Source: a virus
Lineage: Duplodnaviria; Caudoviricetes
Length of the DNA stretch: 64,000 nucleotides
Virus record (IMG/VR): IMGVR_UViG_3300010167_001484
Location: 1-64,000 of that record
Direction: 5' to 3' (one strand)
In this document: one piece after another, positions 1 to 8,058 of the stretch
Layout of the letters: every line of letters starts with the position of its first letter
Position numbering within the stretch: the first letter of the stretch is position 1
Made by a program: the position numbers and the translations under genes
The notes under the pieces: generated by a model
The model's database searches: none
What the model saw: the letters and a program-made list of their open reading frames with translations, nothing else
Told to the model about the DNA's origin: nothing

Positions 1-489
1 ATGAATACAATATTCAAAAAAGATACAAAATTTACTACAGGTAGTTTCAAATCTATTATATTAGCTGATATCGTCTATAAGATCAACGATTTTCTAAATG
101 ATGATTATGATTATAGTATTGAGATTGGTACAGATTCTCAGAAGAGTTCTGGTAAAGTGAAATTTGTAACAGCTATTGTTGTTCATAAAATTGGTAAAGG
201 TGGAATATTCTTCTATCATCCTATTATAACTAATATTATACATAGTCTAAGTGATAGAATATATATGGAAACACAATTATCTATAAGTTGCGCGGACGAG
301 CTTATTAAGATCTTTATAGAAAATAATGTGCTATACAGCGTGATTATACACTGTGATGTAGGTAAGTACGGTAAGACGAAGGACCTGATACAAGGTGTTA
401 TGGGATATGTAGCTGCTTCAGGATTTCCTTGTAAAATTAAACCAGAAAGTACCGCGGCTTGTACTGTGGCAGATCGTTATTCTAAATAG
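1..489 (+). CDS. RNase H-like YkuK (DUF458) family protein
   Basis: IGTDSQ...FVTAIVVH..GKGG..FY, E...S, IH.DVG..GKT, KP.S.AA..VADR motifs typical of the YkuK family. Confidence 0.8.
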   Translation: MNTIFKKDTKFTTGSFKSIILADIVYKINDFLNDDYDYSIEIGTDSQKSSGKVKFVTAIVVHKIGKGGIFFYHPIITNIIHSLSDRIYMETQLSISCADELIKIFIENNVLYSVIIHCDVGKYGKTKDLIQGVMGYVAASGFPCKIKPESTAACTVADRYSK

Positions 490-555
490 ATGAATATTGT
501 AAGCGGCGCTAGCGGACGCTGGTAGAAATATCCGCTAAAACAATTCTTGAAAATA

Positions 556-567
556 TTTCGTTATAGT
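556..567 (+). promoter_or_regulatory. Phage promoter-like motif TTTCGTTATAGT driving the RNA operon
   Basis: One of 13 intergenic copies, each upstream of a transcription unit. Confidence 0.65.
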
Positions 568-572
568 ATATT

Positions 573-601
573 GTCATACTTAAAAGTATGTGGATTGAAA
601 T
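573..601 (+). repeat. Solitary type I-C CRISPR-repeat-like unit 1
   Basis: GTCATACTTAAAAGTATGTGGATTGAAAT: GTC + hairpin + GTGGATTGAAAT tail as in I-C repeats. Confidence 0.65.
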
Positions 602-611
602 TAGACACCAT

Positions 612-949
612 TGCTGGACTGTAGGATTAAAAGTGTCCATCAGCTAAGGAGTTAATCGCGACAGAGTCATGGGACAAGTGGAGGAAGGCCAGACTGTTAC
701 CATGGCGGGATAGTATAGGATAGCCCTGATATTGGTTAGATATCTTAAACAAGTATCTCTGAAAGTATCCGAAGAACCCTCTAAGCATTGATCTCAGCTA
801 AGTGAGGGAAGACTATCTCGGCAGAGTGAGGAGAGATGACTCACACTTCAAGTAACAAGTATTAGTAGGTGCTGAAACGAATGACCAAAGTTACTTGATT
901 GCCATATGTTAACCTACCGTGGATTATTTAGTGTAATAACACACCAGTA
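612..949 (+). ncRNA. Large structured ncRNA with a 23S rRNA H43/H44 (uL11-binding)-like core
   Basis: Ends TGCTGG/CCAGTA pair; GTAGGATTAAAAGTGTCCATC..CTAAGGAG and GTGTAATAACAC match GAC loops; several internal helices; no ORF. Confidence 0.7.
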
Positions 950-951
950 TT

Positions 952-1120
952 TGTTGACTTGTATAACTCCTTTATATGCCTAAAAGATTCGCAATCTTTG
1001 GGAGGATGTAGAAGTTCCTTCAGACGGTGAAAAGCAATAACACTAAGATAAGAGTCGCAACCTTATAATGAAGTGATTTTTGTAGAATAGCCTAATAAGC
1101 TATATCCATATAAGTCAACA
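952..1120 (+). ncRNA. Candidate ~170-nt structured RNA
   Basis: 13-bp terminal stem TGTTGACTTGTAT/ATATAAGTCAACA enclosing several hairpins; directly before the first tRNA. Confidence 0.55.
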
Positions 1121-1124
1121 TTTT

Positions 1125-1198
1125 GCGTCAGTGGTGTAGTGGTAACATAAAAGATTTCCAATCTTTTGTCGAGGGTTCAATCCCCTCTTGACGCTCCA
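1125..1198 (+). tRNA. tRNA-Gly(TCC)
   Basis: Cloverleaf, AAAGA-TTTCCAA-TCTTT anticodon arm, GGTTCAAT, encoded CCA. Confidence 0.93.
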
Positions 1199-1202
1199 AT
1201 AT

Positions 1203-1276
1203 GCCGGTATGATGCAATGGTAGCATAACACGTTGCCAACGTGTTTGTAGGGATTCAAATTCCCTTACTGGCTCCA
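1203..1276 (+). tRNA. tRNA-Gly(GCC)
   Basis: ACACG-TTGCCAA-CGTGT anticodon arm, encoded CCA. Confidence 0.9.
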
Positions 1277-1283
1277 ATTATAT

Positions 1284-1364
1284 AGGGGGAGTAGCTCAGT
1301 CTGGTTAGAGCACTAGTCTCCAAAACTAGGTGTCGATGGGTTCGAATCCCTCCTGCCCCTGCCA
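1284..1364 (+). tRNA. tRNA-Trp(CCA), slightly atypical acceptor and T stems
   Basis: CTAGT-CTCCAAA-ACTAG, GGTTCGAATCC, encoded CCA. Confidence 0.85.
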
Positions 1365-1367
1365 CAT

Positions 1368-1456
1368 GCTGATATGGTGAAATAGGAAGACACGCCAGCT
1401 TGAGATGCTGGTATCTGTAGAAGGGTGTGTAGGTTCAAATCCTACTATCAGCACCA
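1368..1456 (+). tRNA. tRNA-Leu(GAG)
   Basis: CCAGC-TTGAGAT-GCTGG, long variable arm, encoded CCA. Confidence 0.9.
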
Positions 1457-1587
1457 AGCCGCCGGCGTCAATGGGTAGGTACCGAGCTAAAACGACCCGA
1501 TTAGTTTAACAAGGTTTCGACTTTAGTTATCCTGGACGAGGGAAATGAGTGAGTGGGTGTCTTAAATCGCCTAGCAAGTCGGCGGCT
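1457..1587 (+). ncRNA. Candidate ~130-nt structured RNA inside the tRNA cluster
   Basis: GC-rich terminal stem AGCCGCCGGC/GTCGGCGGCT in an AT-rich genome, between tRNAs; no cloverleaf. Confidence 0.5.
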
Positions 1588-1601
1588 ATAATCTTGAATA
1601 A

Positions 1602-1678
1602 ACCTCATTAGCTCAATTGGATAGAGCATCGCACTTCTACTGCGAGTGTAATAGGTTCGAGTCCTATATGGGGTGCCA
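1602..1678 (+). tRNA. tRNA-Arg(TCT)
   Basis: TCGCA-CTTCTAC-TGCGA, GGTTCGAGTCC, encoded CCA. Confidence 0.92.
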
Positions 1679-1682
1679 GTAA

Positions 1683-1757
1683 ACCTCTATAGTGTAATGA
1701 ATAGCACGCAAGTTTACGGAACTTGTAGTTAAGGTTTGAGTCCTTATAGGGGTACCA
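1683..1757 (+). tRNA. tRNA-Arg(ACG)
   Basis: CAAGT-TTACGGA-ACTTG, T loop TTTGAGT, encoded CCA. Confidence 0.85.
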
Positions 1758-1760
1758 AAT

Positions 1761-1837
1761 GTACTCGTATGTAGTTGGTTTCTACAAGCAAGCTGCAACC
1801 TTGTCTTTCGTCAATTTTATTCTGACAGAGTGCTCCA
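1761..1837 (+). tRNA. tRNA-Cys(GCA), degenerate T loop (possibly pseudo)
   Basis: GCAAG-CTGCAAC-CTTGT arm, acceptor GTACTC/GAGTGC, TCCA end; lacks TTCRA. Confidence 0.65.
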
Positions 1838-1846
1838 AATGAATAA

Positions 1847-1920
1847 TCCTCTGTAGTGTAATGGTAACACCGCAGATTTTGATTCTGCTATTTCTTGTTC
1901 AAGTCAAGACAGAGGTACCA
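1847..1920 (+). tRNA. tRNA-Gln(TTG)
   Basis: GCAGA-TTTTGAT-TCTGC, 1-72 mismatch typical of Gln, encoded CCA. Confidence 0.88.
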
Positions 1921-1928
1921 ATAATTTG

Positions 1929-1960
1929 AAATGACATTCTAATGGATGTCATTTTTTATT
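1929..1960 (+). terminator. Rho-independent terminator closing the RNA operon
   Basis: AATGACATTC-TAAT-GGATGTCATT followed by a T tract. Confidence 0.8.
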
Positions 1961-2011
1961 TAAAAAATTCGTTATAGTAGATATATTGAAATATGAAGGG
2001 AGATAACTATT

Positions 2012-2392
2012 ATGCTTTATTGTGTTGATTCAGGTAAATTTGTAGAAAGGCTGCCGCATAAGAAATCATATGATGCATGGAGAAAGAATATTAGTGATGA
2101 AGATTATGAAGCCGTCTGCGAAGTGCTTGTAAGACGTTTTAAAGGAGATAGAATACATACATCTAGTTGGATTCCAGGTAATGATTGGACAAACACTGTA
2201 TATAATTCTATATATAGGGCATGTAAAAATAATGCTGAATGTGCGGGATTATTCTTTGGACTTATTGTTTTTAAATTATTGATGAAAGATGAACTAGTAT
2301 GGGGATTCGGACGATATGAGAAAAATGGTATCCCTATTAAAGGTATGACTTATTATATATTAGATGGTAGATTTTTAGAAAGGTGCAGTTAA
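2012..2392 (+). CDS. Hypothetical protein
   Basis: ORF with RBS behind the promoter motif at 1967-1978. Confidence 0.75.
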   Translation: MLYCVDSGKFVERLPHKKSYDAWRKNISDEDYEAVCEVLVRRFKGDRIHTSSWIPGNDWTNTVYNSIYRACKNNAECAGLFFGLIVFKLLMKDELVWGFGRYEKNGIPIKGMTYYILDGRFLERCS

Positions 2393-2769
2393 CTATGTCT
2401 ATGATGATTGATAGTGATGGAACAATGCCTTATATTTGTGATGAACCGCATTCATCAGATATATCAAAATTTCATAATCTAGTTGATACTATATGTCAAG
2501 AAGCTGAAATATCTTCTGAAAATACAGGTAGTTTATATTCAGAAGATAGAAAAGAATTTCTTGATGCAGTTAAGTATAGAGCTATTGTAGAAATGAAATA
2601 TAGTGGGAATCCTGCTAATGGATTAGCTAGTTTCATGGGTGATATAGACAAATATAGAGGTGATACACCTTTGTATACATCAAAACAATTATCAATATTG
2701 ATGTCTACAGCTATGGTGCATTCTAGTAATCTATTCGATATGATACGATGGATAAATGGGTGCAATTAA
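2383..2769 (+). CDS. Hypothetical protein
   Basis: ORF overlapping its neighbours in an operon. Confidence 0.65.
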   Translation: MQLTMSMMIDSDGTMPYICDEPHSSDISKFHNLVDTICQEAEISSENTGSLYSEDRKEFLDAVKYRAIVEMKYSGNPANGLASFMGDIDKYRGDTPLYTSKQLSILMSTAMVHSSNLFDMIRWINGCN

Positions 2770-3295
2770 TATGTATGATGTGTACGATATATATTTAGTT
2801 TTTGGTATAAGTGTTTTAGTAGGTATACAGATCGCATATATAATTTCAAAGATATGGGGATTCCTAGTTAAACGACAGAAATTGAAATATAGTAAAACGC
2901 TATATAGATACATAAGAGCTCATTATAATACACTTTCTAAAGATAAATTTGTAATGGGTAAAGGATTATTCAATAATGAGTGTCACTATAACTCAGTACA
3001 AGCTATAGAGGATGGTTTAGCTTCAAAAATAATTTTATGTATGATGGTAACAGATTCTGGTATATTTCCACATTATATAAATGAAACAAAAGAAGGTAAA
3101 TATGTAGATAATACATTTGGTTATCTTTACACTGATGTGAATTTTGATTACTTCTTTATTCGTTATATAGAAGAAGAGGAATTCAGTAAACTTCCATATT
3201 ATATAAATTCTTTGAATGAAAAGGATTTGAGACATCATTGTCCTTGGATATTTAGAAGGGCAGTTAAATCAACTCTACATTCATTTTCTACTTAG
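2756..3295 (+). CDS. Hypothetical protein with N-terminal TM helix
   Basis: Hydrophobic stretch IYLVFGISVLVGIQIAYII. Confidence 0.7.
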   Translation: MGAINMYDVYDIYLVFGISVLVGIQIAYIISKIWGFLVKRQKLKYSKTLYRYIRAHYNTLSKDKFVMGKGLFNNECHYNSVQAIEDGLASKIILCMMVTDSGIFPHYINETKEGKYVDNTFGYLYTDVNFDYFFIRYIEEEEFSKLPYYINSLNEKDLRHHCPWIFRRAVKSTLHSFST

Positions 3296-3312
3296 TAAGG
3301 AGAAAGAAATAG

Positions 3313-3780
3313 ATGAAAGTAATAGTATTTGATATTGATGGAGTATTAGCAGATGCAACTCACAGAGTACATTATGTTACAGGTGAGAAGAAGGATTGGG
3401 ATGCTTTCTATGAAGCTTGTGATAAGGACGAACCTATTATTAAAAATGTAAAACTTCTTGATATATTGTTGTGTGGTCGATATGATGATGACGGTAATAA
3501 GCAATATGAAATTGCATTATTAACAGGTCGTCCAGAAAAACTTCGTGTAAAAACTGTATTGTGGTTCATAAATAAGTGTGATGTAATTATAACTGCTATT
3601 CCTATGTTTATGCGAAAAGATAATGATTATCGTCCTGATTATGTTGTTAAGAAGGAATTAGCAGAACAGTGTATTGGATTAGAGAATATATTATGTGTAT
3701 TTGAAGATCGCGATAGAGTAGTAAAAATGTGGCGTGAAAACGATGTGCAGTGTCATCAAACTTGTGATGGAACTTATTGA
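3313..3780 (+). CDS. HAD-family phosphatase (PNKP 3'-phosphatase-like)
   Basis: FDIDGVLAD, LTGRPE, MR..ND.RPD..VK, FEDR motifs. Confidence 0.85.
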   Translation: MKVIVFDIDGVLADATHRVHYVTGEKKDWDAFYEACDKDEPIIKNVKLLDILLCGRYDDDGNKQYEIALLTGRPEKLRVKTVLWFINKCDVIITAIPMFMRKDNDYRPDYVVKKELAEQCIGLENILCVFEDRDRVVKMWRENDVQCHQTCDGTY

Positions 3781-4610
3781 TATATTTCGTTAAGATATTT
3801 GAGGGAGAAATTATGCCAACATCTGATATAAGAATACTGGAATATGTATCTTTCTTTACGAAGGAAGATATTTCTATACTGTATAGAAATAAAGAGTATA
3901 GATTTGATGCAATTAAAAAATTCATAATTAGTCCTACATTTTGGCAGTCTGATGATTGTAATGTGTGTGGTAAATGTTGTAGTAATTTTGGTATTGCATT
4001 TTTTGAATCTGAATTATCTAAGCTTCAATTGAGTAAGAGCAAGATTGTTCAAGAAGAGTTGATACCCAATCTAAAAAAGATTGACATACTATATAATGGT
4101 AAACCTAAAAATCTATATTATATGTATCCTGTAGCTGATAAACATGTTGAAATGTTTGATGCAGGTGATAGAACTGTGAGATCTTGTCCGTTTTCTAGAA
4201 CAATTGAAGGTACATTAGAATTTCAAACAGCTGCAGGAATTAAACGTATTGAAGGGGCTAGAGGTTGTTGTATACATTTAGATAGAAGTCATACATGCAA
4301 ATTTCCACATATTAGATTCTATCACAATACTAGGCAACCAGGTATAATGAGAATGGGAGTTCATCAATATGGTAGAAATTGGGCTATGAAATGTCCAATA
4401 AGTTTCTTACCATTCAATATAGATGAAATAAGGGGCAAGATACAAACATTGAAAGATTTTTATCGAGATATACAATATCTTGGAACAGAAACATGGCTTC
4501 CTGAAATTATAAATTATTTAGAAACTAATTTAGATTTGTTTGTTAATGATATTCCTTGTACAGAGATAGTATTCACTAATGAAGTTAAAAATCTGGGATT
4601 AGGTTTCTAA
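3777..4610 (+). CDS. YkgJ-like cysteine-cluster protein
   Basis: CNVCGKCC...CPF...CCIH..R..TC.FP. Confidence 0.6.
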   Translation: MIYFVKIFEGEIMPTSDIRILEYVSFFTKEDISILYRNKEYRFDAIKKFIISPTFWQSDDCNVCGKCCSNFGIAFFESELSKLQLSKSKIVQEELIPNLKKIDILYNGKPKNLYYMYPVADKHVEMFDAGDRTVRSCPFSRTIEGTLEFQTAAGIKRIEGARGCCIHLDRSHTCKFPHIRFYHNTRQPGIMRMGVHQYGRNWAMKCPISFLPFNIDEIRGKIQTLKDFYRDIQYLGTETWLPEIINYLETNLDLFVNDIPCTEIVFTNEVKNLGLGF

Positions 4611-4645
4611 TTTAAAAAATTATATTGGAGAAGTGGGGTAGTATT

Positions 4646-4882
4646 ATGAGCAGAAACAAAGAGGGATTAGAGGGTATAACATTATTAGGGAATCATAACA
4701 CCGAGTATGTGTCTGAATATAGTCCAGATATACTAGAAAGGTTTCCTAATAGAAATCCGACAAATACACAGGTGGTAAATCTAGACTGTAAAGAGTTCGC
4801 TAGTAGATGTGAAATAACGAATCAACCTGATTATGGTACAATATATATCTCGTATATACCAGATCAATGGATGGTAGCTTAA
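4646..4882 (+). pseudogene. queF: Truncated N-terminal queF paralogue
   Basis: Aligns to the first half of the next ORF (TLLGN.NTEY, EF.S.C..T.QPD..TIYISY.P); stops just before the ESKSLKLY motif. Confidence 0.75.
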
Positions 4883-4910
4883 TTTTTAATTATATAAAGG
4901 AGTATTTAAC

Positions 4911-5405
4911 ATGAGTAGAAGTAATGATGAACTTAAAGGTGTGACATTGTTAGGAAATCAAAATACAGAATATGAATATGGATATAATCCTAATATTCTT
5001 GAGACATTTCAAAATAAACACCCTGACAACGACTATTTTGTCAAATTCAATTGTCCGGAATTCACTTCACTCTGTCCGATGACAGGGCAACCAGATAATG
5101 CGACAATCTACATCTCTTATGTTCCTAATATGGATATGGTAGAGAGTAAATCTCTTAAACTTTATCTATTCAGTTTCCGTAATCATGGAGATTTCCATGA
5201 GGATGTAATCAATATCATCAAGAAAGATCTTATCAAACTTATGGATCCGAAGTATATTGAAATATGGGGTAAGTTTCTACCTCGTGGTGGTATTTCTATT
5301 GATCCGTATTCAAATTATGGTAAATCTGGAACAGCGTGGAAAGAAATCGCAGAACAGAGACTATATCAACATGATATGTATCCTGAAATAGTTAATAATA
5401 GATAG
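4911..5405 (+). CDS. queF: NADPH-dependent preQ0 reductase QueF (type I)
   Basis: [42 protein letters not shown]. Confidence 0.95.
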   Translation: MSRSNDELKGVTLLGNQNTEYEYGYNPNILETFQNKHPDNDYFVKFNCPEFTSLCPMTGQPDNATIYISYVPNMDMVESKSLKLYLFSFRNHGDFHEDVINIIKKDLIKLMDPKYIEIWGKFLPRGGISIDPYSNYGKSGTAWKEIAEQRLYQHDMYPEIVNNR

Positions 5406-5406
5406 T

Positions 5407-5973
5407 ATGGAAATTTGGAAAGATATAGAAGGTTATGAAGGTTACTATCAAGTTAGTAATCAGGGCAATGTTAGAAGCTTAGATAAAATCATAACAAACA
5501 ATAAGGGTGTAACTTATGAACGATTAGGTAAAATTCTATCATTCAATTTGAATGCAGGGTATCCTCAGATTTATTTGAGTAAGAATGGAGTCGTTAGAAC
5601 ATATAGAATTCATAGACTTGTAGCACAAGCATTTATACCTAATCCTGAAAATAAACCTACAGTCAATCATAAGGATGAAACTCGAACAAACAATAATGAT
5701 TGGAATTTAGAGTGGGCAACTTATAAAGAAAATTCTAATTATGGCACATTACCTGATAGATTTAGTATAGTACATAGTGGTAGACAAGTATCTATAGAAA
5801 CTCGTAATAAACTAAGTGAAGCTCGTAGAGGTTATAAACATTCAGAAGAAACATGTAAGAAAATATCTGAGGGTAATAAGGGTAAAATAGTATCCGCTGC
5901 TACAGGTAGAAAAATATCAGAATCCAAACGAAAACATAAATATACTGATGAGAAATCCAAGAAATTATTTTAA
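5407..5973 (+). CDS. NUMOD4-HNH-NUMOD3 homing endonuclease
   Basis: EIWKDIEGYEGYYQVSNQGNVRS, HRLVAQAFIPNP, VNHKDE..TNN...NLEW, HSEET.KKISE. Confidence 0.9.
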   Translation: MEIWKDIEGYEGYYQVSNQGNVRSLDKIITNNKGVTYERLGKILSFNLNAGYPQIYLSKNGVVRTYRIHRLVAQAFIPNPENKPTVNHKDETRTNNNDWNLEWATYKENSNYGTLPDRFSIVHSGRQVSIETRNKLSEARRGYKHSEETCKKISEGNKGKIVSAATGRKISESKRKHKYTDEKSKKLF

Positions 5974-6002
5974 ATTGATTTAATAAGAAAGGTATAGCAG
6001 AT

Positions 6003-6647
6003 ATGAAGAAAGCTCTAGTAATTTTTAGTGGGGGGCAGGACAGTTCGACTTGTCTTATAAATGCATTACAACAATACGATGAAGTACAAGTTATAACATT
6101 TAAATACGGGCAAAAACATGTGATAGAAATAGATAAAGCTATTGAAATTGCAAAACATTTTGATGTGAAGCAAACTATAATAGACTTAGAATTGATGAAA
6201 GACATCACATCTAATGCTCTCATGAATGCAGATATGCAAATAAACTATGAAGAGGGAGAATATATTCCTAATACGTTTGTAGATGGTAGGAATGCAATAT
6301 TCATATTATTAGCTGCAATCTATGCAAAATCGCAAGATATTAAAGATATCATCGTAGGTGTTTGTGAAACAGATTTTAGTGGTTATCCAGATTGTCGCCA
6401 CGTTTTTGTAAAATCTATGAATGTAACAATTAATCTAGCTATGGATTATAACTTTAATGTTATAGCGCCTCTGATGTATCTAACTAAGAAAGAAACATGG
6501 GCACTTGCAGATGAATTGGGATATTTAGAATATGTGCGAGATAATACTCATACTTGTTATGAAGGAATAATAGGCGGTTGCGGTGTATGTCCTAGTTGTA
6601 TTCTTAGAAATAAAGGATATGACGAATACATGCAAGAATGTACATAA
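6003..6647 (+). CDS. queC: 7-cyano-7-deazaguanine synthase QueC
   Basis: [12 protein letters not shown]-loop, YGQKH, GRN, GYPDCR, CY.G...[10 protein letters not shown]. Confidence 0.95.
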   Translation: MKKALVIFSGGQDSSTCLINALQQYDEVQVITFKYGQKHVIEIDKAIEIAKHFDVKQTIIDLELMKDITSNALMNADMQINYEEGEYIPNTFVDGRNAIFILLAAIYAKSQDIKDIIVGVCETDFSGYPDCRHVFVKSMNVTINLAMDYNFNVIAPLMYLTKKETWALADELGYLEYVRDNTHTCYEGIIGGCGVCPSCILRNKGYDEYMQECT

Positions 6648-6676
6648 ATTTGGAATAATGTGTTGGTGAATACAGG

Positions 6677-6916
6677 ATGCGTATAACAAGAAAATCCAAA
6701 TATCCACCTAGCTTCAAGAAGGGTAGTATAGTAAAATTCAATGATGGTTATATTCAGTATATGATTGAATTAACAGAGGATATTGAATATGACGATAAAG
6801 ATGTGATAGTTAAAGGTACATTATACAATTATACTAAACTTCCAAATAGATCAGAATTTATAATGGGTGCAGAATATACATTTAGATTTGATGTATATAT
6901 GCACCCAATTTCTTAG
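6677..6916 (+). CDS. Hypothetical protein
   Basis: Short ORF in operon. Confidence 0.6.
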   Translation: MRITRKSKYPPSFKKGSIVKFNDGYIQYMIELTEDIEYDDKDVIVKGTLYNYTKLPNRSEFIMGAEYTFRFDVYMHPIS

Positions 6917-7224
6917 GCATTTTCATTAAAAGTGCCGAGGGTAGACCTACTTACGCCTTACAGGTATTGTAAGGGTATAGCGTAACTAAGACGAAAGGGG
7001 TGGTTCATCTCATGTCTAAAGACACGAGTATTCCCACAAATTTGATAAAACTTCATATCATAGTAAACTTACACCTTGGGATGATAGTTTATTAACAGAT
7101 TATTTATTATCACTTGTATTGAATACATTAGGTTCTGGTGAATATGAAGTATGGAATGGAGAATTGGGTAAAGGATGGCCTGCAGATGAAATTGTTAAAA
7201 TAATTTCGTTATAGTATATATGAA

Positions 7225-7256
7225 GTCATGCTTTAATTAAGTGTGTGGATTGAAAA
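7225..7256 (+). repeat. Solitary type I-C CRISPR-repeat-like unit 2
   Basis: GTCATGCTTTAATTAAGTGTGTGGATTGAAAA (32 nt), hairpin with G-U pairs, behind the promoter motif at 7204-7215. Confidence 0.65.
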
Positions 7257-7294
7257 GTAGATATAATCAAATAATCCAGAAGGAGTATACTACA

Positions 7295-7603
7295 ATGCAA
7301 ATAATGTTAAGTTCAAATTATTCAGTAAATCCTGGTACTACAATTACAAAAGAAGATGTATGGGGCAAATATGATGATGTGAATCATAAGATAATTGATG
7401 AGGGCATGGTAGTTGCTCGTCAAGGTAAATGTCCTATCTTCGGTGATGAACTTCCTTACAAGTCAGTTACACTTGTTTGTACAGACGATCAATTATATGA
7501 TGTACTCTATTGGATAGATTATGTTCACGGTGCTAATAGTGTTAGTAAGATACTTACAATGGATGATGGTATAGCAATTCGGTCAGATTATATGGCATGG
7601 TAG
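7295..7603 (+). CDS. Hypothetical protein
   Basis: ATG 7295 preceded by AAGGAG RBS. Confidence 0.7.
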   Translation: MQIMLSSNYSVNPGTTITKEDVWGKYDDVNHKIIDEGMVVARQGKCPIFGDELPYKSVTLVCTDDQLYDVLYWIDYVHGANSVSKILTMDDGIAIRSDYMAW

Positions 7604-8058
7604 AGGTAGTTGAAATGAATTCATTAAGATTTCAATTTAAAGCTCAATTATATAATAGAGATGATTGGGTGCAAGGTTATTATATTGGACCAGAATTAGT
7701 TAGCCCCACTAGTGATCTTAATCAAAGATATATTAGAAATAACAATCATCGAATACAGGTTCCAAATGGTAATATCTATAGAATTGATTTGGATACTCTT
7801 CAATTAGTTCCGGTGCCTATAAAATTTGAGTTTGTAGATGATAACTATACTTGTTATTGTCCAGATTGTCAAATTTTACTTGATTTACATGATGAGCATT
7901 ATTCTTATTGTAAAGAATGCGGTTGTAGATTAGATTATACAGAGGTGTATAAACATTCAATAGAAATTGAAGATGAATCTATTACTGTTACAGATATGTC
8001 CGGAACATATGCATATGAAGGTAGAATTCCATTAGCTCATCGAGAGGAGTATGATTAA
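7597..8058 (+). CDS. YopX-like N-terminus plus zinc-ribbon protein
   Basis: FKA....DWVQGYY; CPDC...CKECG.RLD. Confidence 0.55.
   Translation: MVEVVEMNSLRFQFKAQLYNRDDWVQGYYIGPELVSPTSDLNQRYIRNNNHRIQVPNGNIYRIDLDTLQLVPVPIKFEFVDDNYTCYCPDCQILLDLHDEHYSYCKECGCRLDYTEVYKHSIEIEDESITVTDMSGTYAYEGRIPLAHREEYD

Noticed and set aside
509-540. Hairpin TAGCGGA/TCCGCTA after the YkuK-like gene
   Set aside because: A single small hairpin without T tract or other support; not enough to call
573-660. True CRISPR array or mini-array
   Set aside because: No second repeat at spacer distance after any of the four repeat-like units; no cas genes in the window
612-949. Genuine 23S rRNA gene fragment
   Set aside because: Similarity is confined to ~60 nt split by a non-rRNA insert and the flanks are not rRNA; treated as a mimic
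1457-1520. Theta (HDV-like) tRNA-trailer ribozyme
   Set aside because: The 5' strand pairs with the far 3' end as a closing stem; I could not build the nested double pseudoknot
5407-5973. Group I intron around the HNH or GIY-YIG (51773) genes
   Set aside because: Flanking genes are complete and there is no room for an intron core; these are free-standing endonucleases
6936-7010. Hammerhead ribozyme or preQ1 riboswitch (CTAAGACGAAA; AACTAAG)
   Set aside because: No CUGANGA core, stem II or UH site, and no preQ1-I stem with A-rich tail
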